NCBI GenBank assembly: GCA_039929185.1
Contig: JBDSRR010000257.1
Span: forward strand, 1-32,651
Direction: 5' to 3'
Source of the DNA: Actinomycetota bacterium
GTDB taxonomy: Bacteria > Actinomycetota > CADDZG01 > JAHWKV01
Length of the DNA: 32,651 bases
Part shown: positions 7,063-14,546 of the stretch, piece by piece
How positions within the stretch are numbered: position 1 is the first letter of the stretch
Layout of the letters: each line of letters starts with the position of its first letter
Notes under the pieces: generated by a model
Seen by the model: the letters and a program-made list of their open reading frames with translations, nothing else
Databases searched by the model: none
What the model was told of the DNA's origin: nothing
Made by a program: the position numbers and the translations under genes

Positions 7063-7583
7063 GGCAAGACCTCCCCCGCAAGCGTGTTATCCCACACATG
7101 CCCCACCTGGATCTTAAGATCGACCAGGGCCACCAAAACCGTCCCAACCAAAAACACCGTCGAGGTGACGATGATGTCTTCTATAGACGGCAGGACCGGA
7201 GTGGAGAAATAACTGAAGACGGCCATACCGACTAGCAGCCCATTGCGGAAAAGATCGCTTCGAGAGATAGGTCTTTCGCTGAACCCTCCGAAGCAGGCGC
7301 AGGTAGCACCAGGTTCGAGATGCATGCCGCGTATAAGAACCACCGTGAACAACGAGATTACGATCGTCGACATCACGGCCCCCACTGGGGGCCGAAACAC
7401 TAAGAGCAGAGCAAGACCTAACTCGATCACCGGAACCGCTACAGCCAGCCGCTTGGCAAAGGGAAGATGCAGATTCGCCCAAGATGCAACGGTAACCGAC
7501 GGTCTGGATAGTTTGCCTATCCCGGCCGCAGCAAAGACGACCGCTAGTAGCAGCCCGGTGCAGTAACTAACGCCATTCAGCAT
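7059..7583 (-). CDS. MauE/DoxX-family redox-associated membrane protein
   Basis: 174 aa with four predicted TM helices. Pattern LLLAVVFAAAGIGKL ... VPVIELGLALLLVF ... LIRG...ATCACFGGF matches the MauE family, including its conserved C-x-C-F-G motif. Confidence 0.75.
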   Translation of the reverse strand: MLNGVSYCTGLLLAVVFAAAGIGKLSRPSVTVASWANLHLPFAKRLAVAVPVIELGLALLLVFRPPVGAVMSTIVISLFTVVLIRGMHLEPGATCACFGGFSERPISRSDLFRNGLLVGMAVFSYFSTPVLPSIEDIIVTSTVFLVGTVLVALVDLKIQVGHVWDNTLAGEVLP

Positions 7584-7599
7584 AGAGCTGGGATGAACC

Positions 7600-8247
7600 C
7601 TAACTCGACTCCATCGACGTGACTTCGACCTCGGCGAATCCGCCGATCAAGTTGAGTCCGCTGGGCAAATTGCGCACACTATTGACCGAGACCAGTAGGT
7701 ACGTAGTGAATCCGGGAGGTAGTGATTTGATGAGGGGAAAGTCTGCCCACGAGAGGTCGAAGTCGTAACTTCCGCTAGGGGGGCTGACTAGACATTTCTT
7801 CTGGACGATCGAAAACGTACTTAGATGTACGTAGGCGTTCTCGAGGCAGACTGTGTAATTCAATAGCCCTGCCTTGACCTCAATATGAGCCTTGTTCATA
7901 GTGTTCGTGGTACTCGAAGGCTTCTGAATGCCTGCGTAACTGCGATAAACGTATTGGGCCACGACTAAATGGCCGTTGATCGAAGCACCCACCGTAGTGG
8001 GCACGGAAACAGTCGGACCTGGGTAGTAAAGGGTGCAGCCATATCCCCCGCTGGGCACGAGACACTGGTAGTTGGTAATGCCGACGGGAGAGCCTGGAGG
8101 CAGGTCAATAAAGCAGCTAAAAAAGCCATCGACACAAGTACCGCCAACGCTGTATGGCGGGCCCGTTGGACTAGCCACTCCTCCAGACGGAAAGAGGGCC
8201 ATGATCATTGCCACCGAAATCGTTAGTAACCCTGCTCGCTTGAGCAC
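7600..8247 (-). CDS. Secreted 6-Cys hypothetical protein (first gene of the MauE/MauD cluster)
   Basis: I moved the start to the GTG at 8247, which is preceded by GAGAGAGGAAC. Signal peptide VLKRAGLLTISVAMIMALFPSGGVASP. Six Cys in the mature part. No family recognised. My hand count of 7621-7920 gives about 51% G+C, which looks lower than the neighbours. Confidence 0.55.
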   Translation of the reverse strand: MLKRAGLLTISVAMIMALFPSGGVASPTGPPYSVGGTCVDGFFSCFIDLPPGSPVGITNYQCLVPSGGYGCTLYYPGPTVSVPTTVGASINGHLVVAQYVYRSYAGIQKPSSTTNTMNKAHIEVKAGLLNYTVCLENAYVHLSTFSIVQKKCLVSPPSGSYDFDLSWADFPLIKSLPPGFTTYLLVSVNSVRNLPSGLNLIGGFAEVEVTSMESS

Positions 8248-8385
8248 CCGTGTTCCTCTCTCCCAGATTGGTTCCTGATTTGGTTCCAATGCCTACCACT
8301 TCGCCACGAAAGCCGCTTTTCCTGCTCACCTTGGCAAGAAAATTCGACACAAACCGGAAATTTCGCCAACAGCAAGCACGTTGGG

Positions 8386-8461
8386 TGGAGCCGGAGCGGG
8401 GAATCGAACCCCGGACCTACGGTTTACGAAACCGTTGCTCTGCCATCTGAGCTACCCCGGC
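8386..8461 (-). tRNA. tRNA-Thr (anticodon CGU), CCA encoded
   Basis: The reverse complement GCCGGGGTAGCTCAGATGGCAGAGCAACGGTTTCGTAAACCGTAGGTCCGGGGTTCGATTCCCCGCTCCGGCTCCA folds as a cloverleaf. It has a 7-bp acceptor stem (one G-U), a T arm CGGGG/TTCGATT/CCCCG and an anticodon loop TTCGTAA. Confidence 0.95.
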
Positions 8462-9523
8462 CGACTGATTCGATTGTAGTCGCAGCAGCACCGACTCGAC
8501 CGCCATGGTGGCATTGGCGTTCTCCCTTATGGCATTGCACGCGTTTGCGGACGCCTCGACCATCTCCAGCCATCGGTACGGGCTCATCTTCGTGGATGCT
8601 CGCGTGAGATCAGCCGTTCTGTCGGTTGCAATAAGGGCCTCCTCGGATGATCCTGACGAAGCTACGGCAAGATCTCTGAACCCGTCACCAAGCCATCCCA
8701 GGAACGAGATGTGAGCCTGTGACTCGGCCCTGCGCAACCCACGTTTATGACTATCCACCAGCTGTTTTCGGGGGCCTGCAGAGCCCCTGCCGCTTCCTGT
8801 GGCCTCATCGAATGCTTTGAGTTCTTCGGCTTGTACCTTCTCCGTCTCAGACTTGATCGCAGATACGATCTCACTCAGTTTTCCAATGTCCGCGAAAACG
8901 CTACGGATCGACAGCTCCGGGTGGGTAACGACATCGAGAGCCAATCGCCTCATGTCGCGTTCAGACCCATCCCCGGCAAGTGACATCGCGCGACTAGCGT
9001 CACCCCTCGCAACCCGAACCGTAAGCGCGGCGTCGGGGCCCGGAAGCAAAGCGAGCAGAGCCTCGTCTGACATCGCAGCGAACTCGATGACCTCACACCT
9101 AGACAAGATGGTTGGCAAGAACAGGTCAAGCGCGGCCCCCACCAAAACCCAAGTCACCGAAGGATTCGGTTCCTCAAGGGCCTTCAACAATGCGTTCTGT
9201 GACCGCTCCGCTATGAGGTGCGCTTCATTGATGATGAACACTTGTGATTTCGCCTCGATGGGTGAGCGCGCCGCGGAAGTAACCATGTCGCGGATGGTCT
9301 CAACGGGATAGGTGTACCCCTCCGGCTCGAACATATGCACGTCTGGATGAAGTCCCGCAGAGATGCGGCGACAAACCTCGCATGTTTCGCATGATTCGGG
9401 GCACAACATCGCGCTTGCGAGTCGGAGCGCCGCAAGGGATTTTCCCACGCCGGGCGGACCTACGAACAGGTATGCCCCGGACGTTGCACTCTTAAGCCGT
9501 TCTTCTAAGCGCGTATTACTCAC
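8417..9523 (-). CDS. holB: DNA polymerase III delta' subunit
   Basis: Walker-type YLFVGPPGVGKS, a Cys zinc module (CPESCETCEVCRRI), FIINEAHL...NALLKALEEP and TILSRC motifs. I set the start at the GTG at 9523, which overlaps the tmk stop by 8 nt. The longer track ORF (to 9787) overlaps tmk. The stop codon lies inside the tRNA-Thr gene. Confidence 0.85.
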   Translation of the reverse strand: MSNTRLEERLKSATSGAYLFVGPPGVGKSLAALRLASAMLCPESCETCEVCRRISAGLHPDVHMFEPEGYTYPVETIRDMVTSAARSPIEAKSQVFIINEAHLIAERSQNALLKALEEPNPSVTWVLVGAALDLFLPTILSRCEVIEFAAMSDEALLALLPGPDAALTVRVARGDASRAMSLAGDGSERDMRRLALDVVTHPELSIRSVFADIGKLSEIVSAIKSETEKVQAEELKAFDEATGSGRGSAGPRKQLVDSHKRGLRRAESQAHISFLGWLGDGFRDLAVASSGSSEEALIATDRTADLTRASTKMSPYRWLEMVEASANACNAIRENANATMAVESVLLRLQSNQSAGVAQMAEQRFRKP

Positions 9524-11360
9524 GAATGATCTCCTGGTCGATGAACGGCTGCAAGCGCAGCCTAACTTGAGCCTCCACTTCGTCAGGCGATCGCGATGCA
9601 TCGATAAGAGCGAAACGATCGGAATATCGCGATGCCATCGCGTGAAACGCTTCGCGAACCTGCTGATGAAACACAAGATCCTCGCGCTCGATGCGATCAG
9701 GAACTCCAGCCCGCTCAAGTCCCTCCGAGGCTTCGAAATCGAGCAAGAAGACGATGTCTGGAAGCAGTCCATCCGTGCCCCAGACATTCAGGTCTCGTAT
9801 CTCTTCTGCCCCCAACCCTCTGGCCACTCCTTGATACGCAACAGATGAATCGATGTATCGATCAGAGATAACGATCGCACCAGCTTGAAGGGCTGGCCTT
9901 ATCACTTGATCGACATGTTGAGCACGATCGGCTGCATACAGTAGAGCCTCAGCTTTTGGAGACATCGACGTGTTTTGAGGATCAAGGAGAAGTTCTCTCA
10001 CCGTATGGCCGATCCCAGTGCCGCCAGGCTCGCGCGTTACAACGACGTGCAAGCCTTGCGATCGTAGATAAACACACAACCGTTCTATCTGAGTAGTTTT
10101 CCCTGAGCCTTCCCCGCCTTCGAAAACCACGAAGGTTCCAGACCTGGTTGCCTTTACCCTAAACCGAGCGCGTATCGCCTGAGTAGTAAGCAACCCGGCA
10201 AGAAGTATCGAGACTCCGCCGGCCCACATGACTACACGCACGCCGCGAACGTCTATCGCTTGCTCCAACAAAAAGCGAGGGCGCTTTTCCAGCAGTGCAT
10301 CCACCAACCGCACTACAACCGGTGCCAGAGCCGCGGCTCCCACGACGGCCAATCGGATCAATGTGTTGACCGCCGCCAGGATGCGTCCGCGGACTTCTTC
10401 CTCAACTTGCTCTTGAACCAGCGCGTAGCCAGATGGGTATGCGAACCCGCCAAACAAACCAGCGATGGCCGCCCAAACCAAGGCCGTAGTGATGGTCGAC
10501 ACGCTACCGAAAACGATCATCGATAAACCCAGTGCACCCACCACTACAGAAAACAAGACGTCCTTGGGGACGAATCGCGAGACGCCACCGGCCAATATGA
10601 ATCCTGACCCAAGGCCGATGCCCACTGCCGTGATCAAGAAACCAAAACTCGCCGGACCTCCACCCAAAACGTCAGCCACAAAGAAGGGCGCGATGGAGAT
10701 GAAGATGCCGATGCCTGCAAAAGTTCCAAATATCCCAAGAACCCAGGGACGGATCATCGCGTGATTCCACATCGCGCTAAGGCCCTGCATGAGTTCAGTC
10801 CATACGACCTTCAGATTGAGGCCGCGCTTAACTTCAGGACGCGCTGGAATGATCAGCGTCAACGTCAACACAGCACTGATGAGAAACGTCCCGGAGTCAA
10901 CGAACAGTGCAAGGTTTTCTTGATCGATCGCAAGCCGGAACACCCGAGAGATGTGGGCAAGTAATCCGAAAGCGGCACCAGACAAAGGGAAGGTCAGATA
11001 AGCGCCAAGTAGCAGCAGTGAATAAGCGTGCGTCAACTGATGACGCTTGACCATCGCAGGAACACTCGCGTCCTTGGCTGGCTGCCACATCAGCGTGAGG
11101 ACCTCGAGCCCAGACGACACCAACAACAAAAGCACGACCGGGTTTAGCAAGGGAATCGCCTCGCTAATGACTTCGGCGAAAGGCAAGGTGGCGATAAGGC
11201 AAGCCCGGCCGATATCGCACAAGACCATCACCTTCTTGCGGCTCCATCGGTCGGCCGCTACCCCTGCCGCCGGCCCGAACAACAACGCTGGGGCGAGTCG
11301 TGCAAGCAAGACCGCGGCAACCGCGAACTCGTCGTCATAGATGCGCTTAGCCACTGACAC
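9516..11360 (-). CDS. tmk: Fusion protein: MFS-type transporter domain + thymidylate (dTMP) kinase domain
   Basis: The C-terminal ~205 aa (about 9516-10135) carry FVVFEGGEGSGKTTQ (P-loop), TREPGGT and DRYIDSSVAYQG, which identify Tmk. The N-terminal ~400 aa form multiple TM helices of MFS type. Conserved MFS N-terminal sequence continues upstream of 11360 without a canonical start (see findings), so the 5' end is uncertain. Confidence 0.85.
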   Translation of the reverse strand: MSVAKRIYDDEFAVAAVLLARLAPALLFGPAAGVAADRWSRKKVMVLCDIGRACLIATLPFAEVISEAIPLLNPVVLLLLVSSGLEVLTLMWQPAKDASVPAMVKRHQLTHAYSLLLLGAYLTFPLSGAAFGLLAHISRVFRLAIDQENLALFVDSGTFLISAVLTLTLIIPARPEVKRGLNLKVVWTELMQGLSAMWNHAMIRPWVLGIFGTFAGIGIFISIAPFFVADVLGGGPASFGFLITAVGIGLGSGFILAGGVSRFVPKDVLFSVVVGALGLSMIVFGSVSTITTALVWAAIAGLFGGFAYPSGYALVQEQVEEEVRGRILAAVNTLIRLAVVGAAALAPVVVRLVDALLEKRPRFLLEQAIDVRGVRVVMWAGGVSILLAGLLTTQAIRARFRVKATRSGTFVVFEGGEGSGKTTQIERLCVYLRSQGLHVVVTREPGGTGIGHTVRELLLDPQNTSMSPKAEALLYAADRAQHVDQVIRPALQAGAIVISDRYIDSSVAYQGVARGLGAEEIRDLNVWGTDGLLPDIVFLLDFEASEGLERAGVPDRIEREDLVFHQQVREAFHAMASRYSDRFALIDASRSPDEVEAQVRLRLQPFIDQEIIRE

Positions 11361-11522
11361 GACGGCGATGAGACCTATCCAGTCGCCGAGGGAAGAAACT
11401 ACTTGACCTGAAAAGAAGCGCAGAAATGTTCGATCGGCGAGCAGTTTCCGATAGGAACTACGGTCTCGAACGGGGATGGGATGGGTCGCGTTTATGGGTC
11501 GCCTCCGCAGATGGATTTGCCT

Positions 11523-13754
11523 CTAGGACGATTCTACGGCGGCAGGCTCTGGCGTGACAGCATCTGGGGCGACAGGCAAAGAAGGGTCCTCGTTCTGGGT
11601 GTGACGGCAAGCGGGGTAGTGATTGCAGCCGTAGAAAACTCCCTTGCGGCCGGTGCGCTCGACAAGTTCTCCTGGCGCATCCTTAGCGCAGCGCTTGCAG
11701 GGGTCAGAGACGCATTTAGAACATGACACGCCGGTCTTTTTCGCAACCTTCTTCTGGATGTACTTGCACTCAGGGTAATTCGAGCAGCCAACGAAGGGCC
11801 CGAAGCGTCCCGTGCGCTTTTGCAGTTGCGAATGGCACTCGGGACACTTCTCGTCGAGCAGCTCGATCGGAGCTTGAACCTCGCCCGGCATGGGTTTCGT
11901 GAAACGGCACGTCGGATAATTCGTACAGGCTAGGAATTTGCCGCGTTTACCCAATTTGATGATCAACGGCGACGAGCATTCGGTACATATCTCGTCGGTC
12001 GCTTCGGTGGTGATCTCCTCTTTCGTAACCTCGTCAGCCTTCATCAGTCGGTCTTGCATGGGGTTGTAAAAGGCTTCTACGACGGGACGGTAAGCAAGCT
12101 TCCCCGCCGCCACGTCATCGAGGTGTTCCTCCATGTCGGAGGTGAACTGATAGTCCATGAAGTGGTCCGCGAAATATCGATTCAGGAAATCGGTCGTAAT
12201 TTCGCCAGTATCGGTTGCGAAGAATCTTTTCTTTTCAAGCCTCGTGTAGTCCTTCTTCTCGTCCGAGATGGTGCTCATGATCGAGGCATAAGTGGAAGGA
12301 CGCCCTATCCCGCGAGCCTCTAGATCCTTTATCAATGATGCTTCGGTGTAGCGAGGCGGGGGCTGGGTAAAGTGCTGCTCCTGTTTGAGGTCCCGCAGAT
12401 CAAGGGGCTGCTCGGGCTGCAATGCTGGGAGACGCTTTTCTTCATCGTCTTCTTCGTCATCTTTTCCTTCTAAGTACAGATGCATGAAGCCGTCGAATTT
12501 CATGGTTGAACCTGTCGCACGGAAAAGATGAACCGGCTCCCCCGCATGTATGTCGGCGGACACTTGATCGAAAACGGCAGGGGTCATCAAAGACGCGACG
12601 GCCCGCTTATAGATGAGGTCGTAAACCCGCAGAAGGTCTTTGGCATCGCGAGACGATTCAGTCTCGATGGTCTGCCGCATAGCCTTGGCGTCTTGTGCCA
12701 TCTCCGTCGGACGGATGCATTCGTGCGCCTCCTGGGCCCCCTTGGCTTGTTTGTCGTGATTCTTGTAGCGGCCCGCCCAATAGTTATCGCCAAACGCAGA
12801 CTTGATGTGTCCTGCCGCGGTTGCGATGGCCTCGGCAGCCATCGTGGTGGAATCGGTTCGCATATAAGTGATGTAACCGAGTTCATAAAGACGCTGGGCG
12901 ATGCCCATAGCGCGGCGAGCGCCGAGCCCAAGTTTGCGTGAGGCCTCCTGCTGAAAGGTGGACGTTATAAACGGAGCAGCAGGTGTTCGTCTTACCTCCT
13001 TGGTTCGTACATCGGCCACCTTCCATGTAGCGCCATCTAGCGCGGCGGCGATGCGATTGGCTTCTGCCTCCTCGGGGATGCGATCCTCGGAGTCGCCCGT
13101 GGGAACTTTGCGGTCACCGATCTGGATGAGGGTCGCGATGAACGTCTCCTGGGCTTCGGTCGCCAGAAGGGCTTCGAGGGTCCAATACTCAACGGCATTG
13201 AAGGCCCTGATCTCGCGTTCGCGCTCGACAACCAGACGCAGCGCCGGGCTTTGCACTCGTCCCGCTGATAATCCGTAGCGGATCTTTTTCCAAAGCATCT
13301 GCGACACCGGGTACCCCACCAAACGGTCGATGATCCGGCGGGCCTGCTGAGCATCGACCAATCGCTGGTCGAGTTCGCGGGGCTGCTCGACAGCGGCAGT
13401 CACAGCCCGTTTCGTGATTTCAGTGAAAACGATGCGGCGCTGCTTTTCCTTGGGGATCTTGCATGCCTCAGTGACGTGCCAAGCGATGGCCTCGCCCTCG
13501 CGGTCGAAGTCGGTGGCCAGGAAAACGGTGTCTGCGAGTTTCGCCTCTTTCGCAATGGCCTTGATGACCTTGGCTTTGTCCTCATTTATCACGTATTCGA
13601 CAGCGAAATCCTTACTAACGTCGACACCGAGGGTCTTGGTGGGCAGGTCTCGGACGTGACCTACCGAGGCGAGGACCTTATAGTCCTTGCCCAAGTACTT
13701 CTCAATTGTCTTCGCCTTTGCGGGCGACTCGACGATCACTAGATTCGAAGCCAT
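11523..13754 (-). CDS. topA: DNA topoisomerase I with three C-terminal C4 zinc ribbons
   Basis: 743 aa. TOPRIM N-terminus (MASNLVIVESPAKAKTIEKYLG), active-site region YITYMRTDS, and three CxxC...CxxxxxC ribbons between 11607 and 11987. Confidence 0.97.
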   Translation of the reverse strand: MASNLVIVESPAKAKTIEKYLGKDYKVLASVGHVRDLPTKTLGVDVSKDFAVEYVINEDKAKVIKAIAKEAKLADTVFLATDFDREGEAIAWHVTEACKIPKEKQRRIVFTEITKRAVTAAVEQPRELDQRLVDAQQARRIIDRLVGYPVSQMLWKKIRYGLSAGRVQSPALRLVVEREREIRAFNAVEYWTLEALLATEAQETFIATLIQIGDRKVPTGDSEDRIPEEAEANRIAAALDGATWKVADVRTKEVRRTPAAPFITSTFQQEASRKLGLGARRAMGIAQRLYELGYITYMRTDSTTMAAEAIATAAGHIKSAFGDNYWAGRYKNHDKQAKGAQEAHECIRPTEMAQDAKAMRQTIETESSRDAKDLLRVYDLIYKRAVASLMTPAVFDQVSADIHAGEPVHLFRATGSTMKFDGFMHLYLEGKDDEEDDEEKRLPALQPEQPLDLRDLKQEQHFTQPPPRYTEASLIKDLEARGIGRPSTYASIMSTISDEKKDYTRLEKKRFFATDTGEITTDFLNRYFADHFMDYQFTSDMEEHLDDVAAGKLAYRPVVEAFYNPMQDRLMKADEVTKEEITTEATDEICTECSSPLIIKLGKRGKFLACTNYPTCRFTKPMPGEVQAPIELLDEKCPECHSQLQKRTGRFGPFVGCSNYPECKYIQKKVAKKTGVSCSKCVSDPCKRCAKDAPGELVERTGRKGVFYGCNHYPACRHTQNEDPSLPVAPDAVTPEPAAVESS

Positions 13755-13876
13755 AACGATTGGGCACAGTGAGGCCGAACGTCGATTCTGTCAAGTTTCC
13801 TACCTAACTGCGTAACGACCGGCATACCCCAAGCGTTGTACCTTCTATATGATTGCTGGACTTTCAGGGGGTTAAT

Positions 13877-14464
13877 TTGAAGAAGACAGTCGCTAGGATC
13901 GCTATCGGGTCGGCGATCGCCACCCTTTTCTCAACCGTCTCGCTGGCAGGTGCCTTGCCCCAAGGCGTCAGAGACACCTACAACAGGCAGGCTCCTCGTC
14001 AATACGCGACGGGCTGTGGAACGGGCAACCAGTTGTATTTTGATGGCCCGGCACGCCTGTGGCCGCCGAACCACAAGTACTACGCAGGTCTAATTGCGGT
14101 AACGGCCGTTGACGCCCAAAACAATAGGATCGACCTAAATTCCACGGGCATCCACAACCAGTACGAGGGAGACACCGAGTGGAACGGCTCTGGCCACACG
14201 GCCGATGACATCGCACTGGCTGATGGTGAGGATGCAGAAATACAAAGTGCCGACGGGGCAGCCGAAGTCGTCGCTAACGACACCGGCAACGCGATCGTGT
14301 CCATCGCATGGAAAGTTCGATCAGAGCGTTCAGGTCATAAAACTGCTGTAGACGGTCAAGGCAGGGTGTACACGATCACTGGCGAGGCCGCTTTCACGGA
14401 TGGCACATGCAAAGGCAGCTGGCAGATCATCGTTCCACACGACATGAGCGTAAAGAATCGCTAA
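13877..14464 (+). CDS. Secreted hypothetical protein
   Basis: The TTG at 13877 is preceded by AGGGGG at 6 nt (track start 13853 is also TTG). Signal peptide LKKTVARIAIGSAIATLFSTVSLAGA. No family assigned. It is followed by a strong intrinsic terminator. Confidence 0.6.
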   Translation: MKKTVARIAIGSAIATLFSTVSLAGALPQGVRDTYNRQAPRQYATGCGTGNQLYFDGPARLWPPNHKYYAGLIAVTAVDAQNNRIDLNSTGIHNQYEGDTEWNGSGHTADDIALADGEDAEIQSADGAAEVVANDTGNAIVSIAWKVRSERSGHKTAVDGQGRVYTITGEAAFTDGTCKGSWQIIVPHDMSVKNR

Positions 14465-14480
14465 AACCAAATCTTGTAAG

Positions 14481-14517
14481 AACAGCGGCCGGATCTCCGG
14501 CCGCTGTTCGTTTTTCT
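14481..14517 (+). terminator. Rho-independent terminator
   Basis: A perfect 12-bp stem, AACAGCGGCCGG (14481-14492) and CCGGCCGCTGTT (14497-14508), with loop ATCT, followed by CGTTTTTCT. It starts 17 nt after the stop at 14464. Confidence 0.75.
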
Positions 14518-14546
14518 GGTTCATCCTGGTTCTAGCAGCCTTATCT

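Noticed and set aside
2680-8461. Genomic island integrated at tRNA-Thr
   Set aside because: The accessory block does abut the tRNA 3' end. However, I found no integrase or recombinase gene and no direct repeat of the tRNA 3' segment (e.g. GAATCGAACCCCGG) elsewhere in the window. Only one gene looks compositionally different. The evidence is insufficient.
8417-9787. Full 456-aa version of the holB ORF
   Set aside because: The first ~88 codons overlap the tmk 3' end in another frame and show no delta' similarity. The GTG at 9523 gives a normal N-terminus and a typical short overlap with the tmk stop.
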